DNA of 64,000 nt, from contig CBDHDG010000007.1 of the NCBI GenBank assembly GCA_965261595.1, positions 256,001-320,000 on the forward strand, read 5' to 3'. Shown one piece after another: positions 19,128 to 29,623 of this stretch. Position numbers and translations under genes: made by a program. The notes below the pieces were generated by a model, which saw nothing but the letters and a program-made list of their open reading frames with translations, made no database searches and was not told the DNA's origin. The DNA comes from a bacterium (GTDB taxonomy: Bacteria; UBA8248; JACPRG01; G963555815). The stretch's first letter is position 1. Each line of letters begins with the position of its first letter.

Positions 19128-20948
19128 TTACTGATTTTCCTCAAGCCCCCGGGGGACTGAATGAGGGGCCGGCGGCTCGACCGGGTCGGCCACGTCCCCT
19201 TCCTCGTGGATGTCTTTGTGGACGCCGAAGGCCTCCATCACGTCTTCCGCCGTGATGATCCCCTCGATGATCGTCGGATTCACCCGGTTGACGACGGCCA
19301 GGCGCGAGATGTCCCGGGACCCCAGCTTATGGAGAACAACATCGAGGGTCTGATCCGGGTGGGCGTGGGCGACGTAAGTCGTCGTGCCGATCTCCTTGAT
19401 GGCGGTCGTTTGGTTCCCTTGCGCCATCGCCTGCTTCAGGTCCCAGATGCTGATCATTCCGGTCAACTGTTGCTCGCGATCCACCATGGGAAATCCCGTG
19501 AACTCAAGGTCCCGGATGCGTAGGATGGCCTCCTCCGCCGTCAGGTGATCTTCCAAGGTGACCACGTCCCGGACCATGGCGTTCTCGACGTGGATGTTCT
19601 CCAGGATGTGGCGCGTCTGGTTCGTGGGCAGGTGGATCCCCTCCTGGAGCGAGAGGCTTTCGTATGTGCCCTTGCGTTGCAGCCAGTTGGAGACCCGGAG
19701 GCTGACCAGGTTCGCCACCATGAGCGGAAGGATGATGTGGTAGTCCTGCGTCATCTCGAAGATGATGAGGACCGAAGTCATGGGCGTGCGAATCACGCCG
19801 GCAAAAACCGCCCCCATCCCCACCAACGCATACGCCCCGTACCCGGCGCTGACTGAAGGGAAAAGCGTGTGCACCACCCACCCCAATGATCCCCCCACCA
19901 TGGCCCCCATGAAGAGGGACGGCGCGAAGATGCCGCCGGCCGTTCCCGTCGCGTAGGAAATGATCGTCCCGAAGATCTTCAACACCGCCAAAATCAATAA
20001 CAACTGAATCGGCAGCGATTCGTTCAAGGCCTGGTTCACGGTGGTGTAGCCCACGCCCATGATCTCGGGCCGGAACGTCGCGATGAGGCCGATGGCCAGG
20101 CCGCCCAGCCCCGTGATCATGACAGCCTTCGCGCCTTTGTGGACGTGGCAGCGGGCCCGAAGCCGCAAAAGCCCGCGAATAAACGCCACCGACACGAGTC
20201 CCGCAACAACGCCGAGGATCCCATAAAAGACGAATTCCACCGGATGCTGGAGACGATAAGCGGGCACGTTGAACACGGGCTCGGTTCCCAGGATGGCCCG
20301 CTCGACCACCGCCGCCGACACGGAAGCCAGAACGATGGAGCCCAGCACCCGGGCGTTGAGATCGCCCACCAGCTCTTCCAGGGTGAAGGTCACGGCCGCG
20401 ATGGGCGTGTTGAAGGCCGCGGCCAGTCCCGCGGCCGCACCGACGGGCAAGAGGGTCTTGACCTGATCCCTGGTCAGGGAGATGGCCCGTCCGATGGCCG
20501 AAGCCACGCCCGCGCAGATTTGAACGGTCGGCCCTTCCCGCCCGATGGACCCGCCCGTGCCGATGCTGAGGGCGCTCAGAAAAAATTTCCCAATCGTCAC
20601 CCGGAACGGGATGACGCCGCTTCGCGCGAAGTAGGCTGTTTTCGTTTGCGGGATTCCGCTGCCGCGCGCCTCGGGGACCACGTATTGAAGAAAAATCCCC
20701 GCCACCAAGGCCCCCGCGCCGGGGATCCAGAGAAAGCGGAGCCATCCGGCGTTGGAGGCGACAAAATCAGGCGCGCCGAAAAGCAGGGCCGTGACCTTCT
20801 GGATAAGGAGATGGAAACTGACGGCGACCAGGCCGCAAACGGCCCCGATCGCAATGCTCCAGAACAGGAAGATCCGTTTGGGTTCGAGCCCGAAGCGCCC
20901 AAAGGTCTGAAGGATTCTGATTTCGGCTTTGCGCCAGGTTTCGGGCAT
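19128..20948 (-). CDS. ClC family Cl-/H+ antiporter with CBS pair
   Basis: GSGIP, GREGP, LEE, GIFAP motifs; C-terminal CBS domains. Confidence 0.95.
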   Translation of the reverse strand: MPETWRKAEIRILQTFGRFGLEPKRIFLFWSIAIGAVCGLVAVSFHLLIQKVTALLFGAPDFVASNAGWLRFLWIPGAGALVAGIFLQYVVPEARGSGIPQTKTAYFARSGVIPFRVTIGKFFLSALSIGTGGSIGREGPTVQICAGVASAIGRAISLTRDQVKTLLPVGAAAGLAAAFNTPIAAVTFTLEELVGDLNARVLGSIVLASVSAAVVERAILGTEPVFNVPAYRLQHPVEFVFYGILGVVAGLVSVAFIRGLLRLRARCHVHKGAKAVMITGLGGLAIGLIATFRPEIMGVGYTTVNQALNESLPIQLLLILAVLKIFGTIISYATGTAGGIFAPSLFMGAMVGGSLGWVVHTLFPSVSAGYGAYALVGMGAVFAGVIRTPMTSVLIIFEMTQDYHIILPLMVANLVSLRVSNWLQRKGTYESLSLQEGIHLPTNQTRHILENIHVENAMVRDVVTLEDHLTAEEAILRIRDLEFTGFPMVDREQQLTGMISIWDLKQAMAQGNQTTAIKEIGTTTYVAHAHPDQTLDVVLHKLGSRDISRLAVVNRVNPTIIEGIITAEDVMEAFGVHKDIHEEGDVADPVEPPAPHSVPRGLEENQ

Positions 20949-21085
20949 GGTCTTCTGTCGAGAAAACTTGAGGTTAAATTCGTGAAATCCCGTAGTTAGG
21001 TAATTCTCGCCTTTCTCCGGGTCAAGGAATCCCGCCCGATTGGATTGAAATTTCCAAAACTTATCGCGAATTCAGCCGAAATGGG

Positions 21086-22309
21086 TCAGCGTCGGCTCGC
21101 GTGCTCTTTCCGGCGGGTTCGAGCCGCGCGGGCGCAGAGCCGTTCGAGAACCTCCGCAACCCGATCGACTTCCTCCGCGAGATTCAGGTAGTGGAGCGAG
21201 ATTCTCACGCCGGGGGGATAAGCCGGGACTTCACGAACCAGAACCCGCTCCCGGCGGATGAGCTCATCCACGACCGCCGCCGCCGGAATCCCGGGGATGC
21301 GGACAGACACGAGACCCGAATGGGCCTTTCCCCGGCCTGACGGCCGGTAACTGAGGAGCTCGATGCCGGAGACGTCCTCGATCCGGTCCAGAAGACGACC
21401 GGCCAGGGACAGGATCCGCCGCTCGATCGAGGCCGGTCCCAGACGCAGAGTGGTTTCAGCCCCCGCGGCCAATCCGGCGAAGAGCGCCGTGCTTTTCGTG
21501 GCCAGCTCGAAACGTCGCCCGTCGGGATAGGGTAGATACGTGGCGGAGGCAAGGTCTTTCTCACCCGCCGTTTCGTAACCCGCGCCGGGGAGAATCAGCG
21601 TCTCCCGGAGGTCCCCGCGGACGAACAGGGCGCCGGTCCCCTGAGGTCCCAGGAGCCACTTCTGACCCGGGAGCGTGTAAAAATCGCAACCGAGCTTCCG
21701 GACGTCGATCTTGATCGCTCCGGCGGCTTGGGCGCCATCGATCATCAAGTAGATCCCCCGGCCCTTGGCGAGCGCCGCCACCTCCCGCAACGGATATCGG
21801 CGCCCGGAAAGCCATGCGACATGGCTGATGCAAATGAGCCGGGTTCTCCGGTTGATCTTCTTTTTCAGGGCTTCGAGAAACCGGCCGTCATCGCCGTCGA
21901 TGGGGACCTGATGGACCTTGACGCCCTCCTGATCGCGGAGGACAAACCAGGGCAGATATCCTCCCGGATGTTCCGCGTTGGAGATGATGACCTCATCATT
22001 CCTTTTCCATCTCAGCGAACAAGCGATGAGGTTAACGCCCGTTGTGGCGTTGTCCGTAAGGGTCATCTCATCGGCCCGGGCCCCGATGATGCGGCCCAGA
22101 ACCCGCCGGGCTTGGGCGAAGAAGGCGTCGCGGCGCTCCCGGACGTCCGGATGGGAAGGACCCAAGCGGCTCTCGCGCTCCAGGACCTCTCGCACCGCTT
22201 TGAGAACAGGCCGGGGAGAGGGGCCGCTGTGGCCCCAGTTCATGTAGACGTGGCGCTCCATCACGGGCATTTGACGCCTGAGACGCTGGACTGTTTTTCT
22301 GTCGATCAT
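21086..22309 (-). CDS. Class V PLP-dependent enzyme (C-S lyase/epimerase-like)
   Basis: EHP, SHV, DGAQ, PGQKWLLGP; no persulfide Cys in the C-terminal loop. Confidence 0.88.
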   Translation of the reverse strand: MIDRKTVQRLRRQMPVMERHVYMNWGHSGPSPRPVLKAVREVLERESRLGPSHPDVRERRDAFFAQARRVLGRIIGARADEMTLTDNATTGVNLIACSLRWKRNDEVIISNAEHPGGYLPWFVLRDQEGVKVHQVPIDGDDGRFLEALKKKINRRTRLICISHVAWLSGRRYPLREVAALAKGRGIYLMIDGAQAAGAIKIDVRKLGCDFYTLPGQKWLLGPQGTGALFVRGDLRETLILPGAGYETAGEKDLASATYLPYPDGRRFELATKSTALFAGLAAGAETTLRLGPASIERRILSLAGRLLDRIEDVSGIELLSYRPSGRGKAHSGLVSVRIPGIPAAAVVDELIRRERVLVREVPAYPPGVRISLHYLNLAEEVDRVAEVLERLCARAARTRRKEHASRR

Positions 22310-22530
22310 TGAGCCTCCCGGGGCCGTCGTTCGCGGCTGAAGTTCCAATCCGGCTGTGCGCTGATTCAATCCGAATATTCATGCCATGGTCGAGGGGCCG
22401 GTGCATGCGGCGATGTGCATGGCAAGGCCCGGGACCGTGGTTGCGTGAGGATTTCGTGAGGATCCCCGAGGGATCCAGTGACCCCGAGGGTCCAGGTGGA
22501 CCTTCCAGGCGGGTTTCCGTGGCCCGGCGG

Positions 22531-23805
22531 CTACGGACATAACGAGTTCGGTGTGACGAAATAGCGCTTGCCGTTCAAATAGGTCTTTCGGTTTCGATGG
22601 CTCAAGCGAAATTCCCGCTTGGCGCCGTTTCGATGGCGCAGCTCCAATACAGGCCGGCCTTGATAGGCGTACACCCGCCAAGTCCCGAGCGCATTGTCGC
22701 GACTGTGCGACCCTCCAAATCCGCCGCCGGTGTCGAACGACATACTGTCCCGGCCCCGATAACTGAATTGTCCATTCGTGCAGAGAAAGATTTCGGTCTT
22801 GGTGCTGAAGCCTCCGCCCGTCGAGTACCCGCCAGATGAGGACCCGCTTGAAGAGTAGGTGGACAGATACGTCAGCAGCTTGCCCCGGATGTGGTTCTCC
22901 AGTTGTTTCACAATGGGCGGCGCGACGCGCCTTGAAAATTTGACGCCCTTGGCGATTTCTTCCGTAAGCGCGGCGCAGGTCGAGTTGTAACCGGCCTTCT
23001 CGACAGCGGCCTGGACCAAGACCCCGCCGCCATAAGGGGAAAGCACGCCGACAATCCGCGCCCGCGCGGGCGTCCCTTGAAAACTGCCCTCGAATTCCGC
23101 CCCCAGCATATTCTGTCCGAGGGTCTGAACGGGGCCGGCAAGCGTCATCCGGGTGGTCTGCTCGTATACCAAGCCTTTTCGGGTTTCCGCCCGGATTTCA
23201 TCGAGACTGTTCATTTCGTGGGGCGACACCAGAACAAACCCTTTGATTGAATCATGCCCAAGCAGGAACCCGGCCGGGATCTTCCGCGCACTCCACCCCT
23301 TGGGCGGAGTAAACCGGAAGCCCCACGAGGGGTCGCCGATCTCTCTTTGTGCATGTGGCGGGCCTGTCCCGGTCCCCGGGGACCCGGAACCGGCGGAGGC
23401 CCCCGATTGCCGGGTCACTCTCGTGAAGCGGTAAGTCTGTCCCTGCACGCGAATGTCCAACCGGCCGTCGCCCGCCGTCGCCGCGCAAGAAAGCTTTTCT
23501 CCAGCCGGTGTGACGACCATGCACTGGATCCCGCCGTTTTGTTCCTTGCCCACCACCCGGTAAAAACCTTCAGCGGTTTGAGTGTTGAGTTGAAACATGT
23601 TCCCTTGCCGGATGAGCTCAGCCTTGCCGAGCCGGCTCGAGTATCGCCCGGGTTCAAGGGGTCCGGCGGCAAATCCGGCGCCGAGAAAAAAAAGAATCCC
23701 AAATAGGGGGATCATCCGGGAGAGAGATTGTCGCAAGGTCCGGTGAATTCCGGAAACGCGGTCCACCGACTGGATGAAGAAGTCAGACCCTTGATGATCC
23801 ATCAC
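22531..23805 (-). CDS. Hypothetical exported multidomain protein
   Basis: Long ORF with hydrophobic signal-like segment and Gly/Ser linkers; start uncertain. Confidence 0.7.
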   Translation of the reverse strand: MMDHQGSDFFIQSVDRVSGIHRTLRQSLSRMIPLFGILFFLGAGFAAGPLEPGRYSSRLGKAELIRQGNMFQLNTQTAEGFYRVVGKEQNGGIQCMVVTPAGEKLSCAATAGDGRLDIRVQGQTYRFTRVTRQSGASAGSGSPGTGTGPPHAQREIGDPSWGFRFTPPKGWSARKIPAGFLLGHDSIKGFVLVSPHEMNSLDEIRAETRKGLVYEQTTRMTLAGPVQTLGQNMLGAEFEGSFQGTPARARIVGVLSPYGGGVLVQAAVEKAGYNSTCAALTEEIAKGVKFSRRVAPPIVKQLENHIRGKLLTYLSTYSSSGSSSGGYSTGGGFSTKTEIFLCTNGQFSYRGRDSMSFDTGGGFGGSHSRDNALGTWRVYAYQGRPVLELRHRNGAKREFRLSHRNRKTYLNGKRYFVTPNSLCP

Positions 23806-24003
23806 GATCTCGTCTTTGAATGGATGCGGACGGACCTTAAAAATCCCTGAAAATCATGAATCCAGGGTGCATGTTATCATCCCCCCGTGTGCATCCGCTC
23901 GGTTCAATGACACCCAGTGAAAAGGATTCACCGAGCCCCGCCTTGATTGCCGGAAGAGGCCCAACGTAAAATGGGACGATTTTTGGCCTGAGGCGGGTTC
24001 TGG

Positions 24004-25188
24004 ATGTCCGATAGACTCTCTGAAAACATTACCTTTATCCATACAGCGGACGTGCACCTGGGGCGTCCTTTCGACAGCCTCGGCAGCCGGATGCCGGAAC
24101 GGCGGGAGGACCTGCGCGCCGCGTTCGGCCGCATGGTCGAACGGGCGGAGAAGGAAAAGGTCGACCTATTCCTGGTCGCGGGTGATTTATTCGACTCCCC
24201 CTGCCCTCCGCCGGCGGACCGTGAAGCGGCCCGGGCGGGTTTCCTACGCTTGCGCGAGGCCGGCGTTCGGGTCTTCGCGATTCCCGGCAACCATGATTTC
24301 TTCATTCCCGGCGGGGTGTGGTCCGAGATGGAGACCGCCGGCGTCACGGTCTTTTCGCGCCCGCAATTGGAATGGAAAGAGGTTCCGTCCGCGGGAGCCC
24401 GCGTTTTCGGAATGGCTTATGACCGGGAACGGCCCCGGTCTCGACCCTTGGCCGACCTTCAGGCTGAGGGAGGAGGGGGGGGGGAGGATGGCGCGGCGGG
24501 GGCTCGGATTCTTCTCATTCACGGCTCCCTCGAGGTCCTCGGCGAGGGCGCCGACGACGCCCCCTTCAGCGAGGCGGAAATTTCCCGGCTTCCCTTCGAT
24601 TATGTCGCCCTTGGCCATTATCACCGTTGGCGGGAGATCGGACAGCGGCCCCTCGCGGCCTATCCCGGCTCGCCCAGCGGGGTCGGGATGACTTCCCGCG
24701 AAGCCGGTGAGCGTTATTTTCTTTTGGGTTGGGTGGAAACGGATGAAGCGGAAAGGAGCGTTCACTTGGAAAGGATCCCCGCGGGCGGACGGACGATCCA
24801 CGTCAAGGAGCTCGACCTTTCCCGTTCCGCGAATCCGGAGAACCTTTTCGAGGCGGTTCGTAACGCGGCCGGGCCGGATGACCTGCTCAGCTTGCGCCTC
24901 ACCGGCGTTCCTTCACCGGAGGTCTGGGAGGCCGCCGGTGAGTTGGAAGACCGCTTCGAGGGCGTCTTCTTTCACTTTCGTGTGGACCAAAGCGGAGTGG
25001 CGGCTCTCGAAAAGATTCCCGACGACGACCGGTTTATCCTCGGCCGCTTTTGCAACAAGCTTCAATCCAGGATCCGACAAACCGAAGGAGAGGAACGGGT
25101 CGTTTACGAGATGGCGCTCCGTCTGGGGCTGGCGGCCGTGAATCCCTCGAAGTCCTCGGCCCAACCGTTCTCCTTAACCGCTTCATGA
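24004..25188 (+). CDS. SbcD/Mre11-like (YhaO-type) metallophosphoesterase nuclease
   Basis: HTADVHLG, AGDLFD, PGNHD, IHG, ALGHYH, YPGS. Confidence 0.93.
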   Translation: MSDRLSENITFIHTADVHLGRPFDSLGSRMPERREDLRAAFGRMVERAEKEKVDLFLVAGDLFDSPCPPPADREAARAGFLRLREAGVRVFAIPGNHDFFIPGGVWSEMETAGVTVFSRPQLEWKEVPSAGARVFGMAYDRERPRSRPLADLQAEGGGGGEDGAAGARILLIHGSLEVLGEGADDAPFSEAEISRLPFDYVALGHYHRWREIGQRPLAAYPGSPSGVGMTSREAGERYFLLGWVETDEAERSVHLERIPAGGRTIHVKELDLSRSANPENLFEAVRNAAGPDDLLSLRLTGVPSPEVWEAAGELEDRFEGVFFHFRVDQSGVAALEKIPDDDRFILGRFCNKLQSRIRQTEGEERVVYEMALRLGLAAVNPSKSSAQPFSLTAS

Positions 25189-27770
25189 AAATCATCGCCC
25201 TGGAAATTTGCGGAGTCCGATCCTACCGGGAGTTCCGGCGGCTGGAGCTTTCGCCCGAGTTGAACGTTTTTGTGGGACCGAACCGGGCGGGGAAAACCAG
25301 CCTCGCGGATGCTTTGGCGGCGGCGCTATATGGCCCCGACCGGCCACGGTCAATAAGCCCCCTGGCCAAAGCGGATCTCAAAACCTGGCAAGCCGGTCCC
25401 TCGAACGCCGGCGCGGACGGGACCGGGGAGCGTAAGGGCGCCGAGTTTCGGACAGCCGTCGAGTTGGAAACGGGGGAAGGGCGCTTCAGGCTGGAGCGGG
25501 ACCTGGAATCAGGCCGGGCGGTTCTGCGCGTGGGCGATGGAGATGGATGGCGGCTCCAAACAACGGATAACCGGGAAATCTCCGCCCTGGTCAAGAAAAT
25601 CACGGGAATCGACCGTGCGGAGCTGTTTCTGGCCACCGCCTACCTGCGGCAGGGAGACCTTGCACGGATTGCGGAATCGGGCAATCTGGAGCGGATGGGC
25701 GAGCTCCTGCGCGTCATGATATCCGGCGCGCCCCAGGCGAATGTCGCGGACATTCTCGATAAGCTTCGCGCCGCCCAAAGGGATGTCAAAGCAGAGGGGA
25801 CAATAGGCCATCGGCCGGTGAACCCGAGAGAGTACGACCGGCTGTTGATCGAACGGGATGAGGTGCGGGACCGGATAGCGTGGACCCAGGAAACCTACCG
25901 GGTCATCGTGTCGCTCTCCGAACGAAAGGTCGCGCTCGAAAAAACCCTTCCGGAAAATCAGAGACGATTAGAGGAAGTGACCGCCCTTGTTGACCGCTGG
26001 AAGCGGAAAACAGTCCTGGAAAAGGAGACAGCCGAAGCGGTTACGCAAGCGAACGCCCTCAACCGGCGCCTTCGCAGACTTCAAGAGATTCGGGAGACGC
26101 TGATTCCCGCCCGGGAGGCGTTGCGCGAGATCGGAGACGTGGAGGGGTTGAACCAAGCGGTCACCGAGCGCCTTCCCGCGTTGCGGGCAGAGCGGGACGC
26201 AATGGAAAAGCGGTCGGCCGAACTCCAAAGCGAAGTCTCCCGGTTTGAGGGGGAGCTGAAATCCCTTCGGGAAGAGAGAGAGCGTCTTGAGCATTTCGGA
26301 GATCAATCCGAATTCATCGAGGAGAAACTCCCAGTCTGGCAAGGGGCCTTGCGGGAGGATGCCCGCGCCCTTCCCGGAGGAAAGAAAGCGGGCCGAGGCC
26401 AGGGGAATGTTTTATCCGTTCCCTCGTGGGGAAAAATTGTTTTCGCCATGATCTTGTTCCTCCTCACGGTCTCCACGCCCGTGATCTACTGGGCCGTTCT
26501 CGGTGAAGCCCCCCTATATCTCGCCGCTTTCCTGGGACTTGGGTTTCCGGTTCTTCTGTGGGCGGTCCTGCTTCTCAACCGGCGTTTGTTCAAAAATCTT
26601 CGGACGGGGCGCCGGGAGACCGACGCGGGGGGGGAGGGGGGGGCTTCTCCAGAAAGCCGGGCGGAGGAGCGTGTGGAAAATCCCCGGGAGAGTCTGGCGG
26701 GGTTGTTGCGCTCCCTCGAAGTGGAAACCGCCGATGAGGCCCGGGCGGGCCTTCGCGGGTTTCGGAACATCCTGTCCGCTTTGGAGTCCCTGGAAGACCT
26801 TCACCGCCGCGCCGATGGGGACTTGAAAAAGGCCACCGCCGTTACGGAAAAACTGAACGAACAAATCCGGGCGATCCTCGACCGATTCCAAGTGAATCAC
26901 GAGAATGAGCTGATAGAGGCGCACAACCGAGCCCAAGAATCGCTCCGGCGCCGGGAAGATCTCACGGCGCGGGAAAAGGAGCTCCTGGCCGAGGGGTCTG
27001 AGGAGGACATGACCGACCGCCTGGATGACGCGGACCGCCGGCGCCGCGACCTGAGCCGGGAATCCGAGGAAGGGGGATTCGACCTGTTCCATCCGTCTTC
27101 CTCCGAGGTGGAAACATGGCGCGGAGAGCATGCGTCATTATCGGAGGCCGTCGACAAGAACCGGATGGAGCTCATCCGCATCCGAACCCGGCTCGAAGAG
27201 AAAACGGGGGAAGGATTCTCTTCCCTCGAAACGCTGCAAGAGCGGCTGGATGAAATTGAAGGACGCCTGAGAAATCTCGACCTCCTCCACCAGGCATACG
27301 GTGTGGCCGTTGAAACCTTGGAGGAGTCCGTCCGTGAGCTGGAAGATTCCTATCTTCCCCGGCTCGAACGGGGGGTGGAGGATCATTTCCGCTCTGTGAT
27401 CGGCCGCGATTTCGGGATCGATCTGACCACCCGATGGCCAGCCGTGACGGTCGCCCTCCCGGACCATCCCGAGACCGAGCCCCGGAACCTGAGCCGCGGC
27501 ACCGCCGACCAGTTGTTCTTGGCCTTACGGGTCGCATGCCTGGAATTGTTGGGCGGAGAGGAGCCGCTTCCCCTCGTCCTGGACGACCCCTTCGTCCACT
27601 ACGACGACGCGACGCTCCAAAGGGCGTTGGATTGGCTGAGCCGGATGGCCGCACGCACGCAGATCATCTTTCTGGCCGCAAGAGAAGCTTACGCGGACTG
27701 GGCCGAAAGACCGGATGTTGCGGGCAAGACAAAGGTGTTCAGGCTCGGGCCGGCGGCGACGGAGGTTTGA
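25185..27770 (+). CDS. SbcC/Rad50-like (YhaN-type) coiled-coil ATPase with central TM hairpin
   Basis: Walker A GPNRAGKTS, Q-loop YLRQG, signature LSRGTADQ, Walker B LDDPFVHYD; ATGA overlap with the nuclease. Confidence 0.9.
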   Translation: MKIIALEICGVRSYREFRRLELSPELNVFVGPNRAGKTSLADALAAALYGPDRPRSISPLAKADLKTWQAGPSNAGADGTGERKGAEFRTAVELETGEGRFRLERDLESGRAVLRVGDGDGWRLQTTDNREISALVKKITGIDRAELFLATAYLRQGDLARIAESGNLERMGELLRVMISGAPQANVADILDKLRAAQRDVKAEGTIGHRPVNPREYDRLLIERDEVRDRIAWTQETYRVIVSLSERKVALEKTLPENQRRLEEVTALVDRWKRKTVLEKETAEAVTQANALNRRLRRLQEIRETLIPAREALREIGDVEGLNQAVTERLPALRAERDAMEKRSAELQSEVSRFEGELKSLREERERLEHFGDQSEFIEEKLPVWQGALREDARALPGGKKAGRGQGNVLSVPSWGKIVFAMILFLLTVSTPVIYWAVLGEAPLYLAAFLGLGFPVLLWAVLLLNRRLFKNLRTGRRETDAGGEGGASPESRAEERVENPRESLAGLLRSLEVETADEARAGLRGFRNILSALESLEDLHRRADGDLKKATAVTEKLNEQIRAILDRFQVNHENELIEAHNRAQESLRRREDLTAREKELLAEGSEEDMTDRLDDADRRRRDLSRESEEGGFDLFHPSSSEVETWRGEHASLSEAVDKNRMELIRIRTRLEEKTGEGFSSLETLQERLDEIEGRLRNLDLLHQAYGVAVETLEESVRELEDSYLPRLERGVEDHFRSVIGRDFGIDLTTRWPAVTVALPDHPETEPRNLSRGTADQLFLALRVACLELLGGEEPLPLVLDDPFVHYDDATLQRALDWLSRMAARTQIIFLAAREAYADWAERPDVAGKTKVFRLGPAATEV

Positions 27771-27789
27771 TGAGCGCGAAGAACGCCTT

Positions 27790-28545
27790 ATGCTGAGGGC
27801 GCTGTTTTCCAGGACGGAGCTCTCCAGTGTTGTCAAGGAGATTGGAAAGCGGGGAGCGCGCAGCTCCGTCTGGATCGTCATTGATGTCCTGCGGGCGACG
27901 ACCAGCATTGTGGCGGCCTTTGAGGCGGGGTGTGCGGCGATCCGTCCTTCCATCGGCATCGCGGAAGCCCGCCGGCTTCGAAAAGGTTCCCGTTCGGGAA
28001 GGCGGATTCTGGCCGGTGAAAGAGACGGAAAACCCATTCGGGGCTTCGATCTGGGAAACTCCCCGAGGGAATTGACCCCGGAGCGGGTCGCCGGGCGGGA
28101 CATCGTCCTCACAACGGGCAACGGCACCCGGACGATCCGGGCCATCTCGGACGCGGGGGCCCGGGAGGTCTGGGTGGCGTCGTTCTCGAACGCCGCGGCC
28201 GTCTCCCTGCGAGCCGCCGATCTCATCAAGAAAAGAGGGTGCGGCTTTGTGAACCTCGTTTGCTCGGGCCGAGACGCCCGGTTTTGCCTGGAAGACGCGG
28301 TGTGCGCCGGACTCATCATCGGCGAATTGCGGGGGAAGGGGATGGAATTGACCGATTCGGCCATGGCGTGTTGGAATCTATATGATCGACACCGGGTGGA
28401 CCTGTTGGGCATGCTCCGGGAATCCTCCTGGGGAAAGCGCCTTCAGGAGATAGGTCTCGGGGCCGATTTAGATTTTTGCGCGCGCACCGGTTGGAGCCGG
28501 ATTGTGCCGGTCTATGCCCGGGGCGTGATCCGGCCGGGAAAGTAA
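27790..28545 (+). CDS. comB: 2-phosphosulfolactate phosphatase family
   Basis: IDVLRATT, AGER, FDLGNSP, TTGNGT, LEDAVCAG. Confidence 0.9.
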   Translation: MLRALFSRTELSSVVKEIGKRGARSSVWIVIDVLRATTSIVAAFEAGCAAIRPSIGIAEARRLRKGSRSGRRILAGERDGKPIRGFDLGNSPRELTPERVAGRDIVLTTGNGTRTIRAISDAGAREVWVASFSNAAAVSLRAADLIKKRGCGFVNLVCSGRDARFCLEDAVCAGLIIGELRGKGMELTDSAMACWNLYDRHRVDLLGMLRESSWGKRLQEIGLGADLDFCARTGWSRIVPVYARGVIRPGK

Positions 28546-28548
28546 GGC

Positions 28549-29487
28549 GTGATGAAGCGGATAGGAATCGTTTGCAAACCGAAAAAAGACCCGGCCGGGC
28601 CCGTCTTGGCGGAGCTTGTGCGCTGGCTGAAATACCGGGGCCGAGGCGTCTTGCTGGATCGGACGACGGCCGGCCTGATCGGCAGGAAGTCTTCCCACCG
28701 CCGGGAGGACATTCCCGGCCGGGTGGACCTCCTCATCGTCCTGGGCGGCGACGGCACCATGCTGTCGATGGCGCGAATGGCCTTGGGCCTGAACGTCCCG
28801 ATTCTGGGCGTCAACCTCGGCAGCCTGGGTTTCCTGACCGAGGTCCCGTTGGAGCACCTCTACCCGGCGTTGGAGCGGATTTTCGCCGGGGAATACGGGA
28901 TCGAGGAGCGCCCGATGTTGAAAGGCCGGGTGCTGCGCGGCGGGAAGGCGGTCTTCGAACACGAAGTCCTCAACGACGTTGTGATCAGCAAGGCCGCCCT
29001 GGCCCGGATCATCGAGTTGGAATCCTTTGTGGACGGGCGGTTCGTCACAACCTACCGCGCGGACGGATTGATCATCTCCAGTCCGACCGGCTCCACGGGG
29101 CACTCGCTCTCGGCGGGCGGTCCCATCTTGATGCCCTCCCTTCCGGCCATCATTTTGAATCCCATCTGCCCCTTCACGCTCTCGAACCGCCCGCTGGTTC
29201 TCCCCGACGATGTCGTGGTCGAGGTCGTTCTCACCACGCCGGACCAGGACGTTCACGTGACACTCGACGGCCAGGTGGGGTGCGCCCTCCAGGTTCGGGA
29301 CGTGGTCAAAATTCAAAAAGGGCCTCACAAGGTCCGGCTGATCAATCTCCCGGAATACGACTATTTCAGCCTGTTGCGAAACAAGCTGGGGTGGGGGATG
29401 CAGCTGGGGGAGGTCAACCACCAGGGCCCGTCCACCCAAGGGGGGGGGGAATCCGAGCGGCGAAGAAGAGATCGACTCGAATCGTAA
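28549..29487 (+). CDS. nadK: NAD kinase
   Basis: LGGDGTML, NLGSLGFL, LND, DGLIISSPTGSTGHSLSAGG; upstream of recN. Confidence 0.96.
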   Translation: MMKRIGIVCKPKKDPAGPVLAELVRWLKYRGRGVLLDRTTAGLIGRKSSHRREDIPGRVDLLIVLGGDGTMLSMARMALGLNVPILGVNLGSLGFLTEVPLEHLYPALERIFAGEYGIEERPMLKGRVLRGGKAVFEHEVLNDVVISKAALARIIELESFVDGRFVTTYRADGLIISSPTGSTGHSLSAGGPILMPSLPAIILNPICPFTLSNRPLVLPDDVVVEVVLTTPDQDVHVTLDGQVGCALQVRDVVKIQKGPHKVRLINLPEYDYFSLLRNKLGWGMQLGEVNHQGPSTQGGGESERRRRDRLES

Positions 29488-29623
29488 AACGGAAAAAACC
29501 GTGAATGAACCGGCCGGTCCGGATGGAAAACACGGGCGCAGCCGGAAAATCGGGAAAGGGAAATCCTCGGCCTGAACAGGGGTTTCCATCTCGCCGAACG
29601 CCGCACCACTCCGGCCGGGAGAC

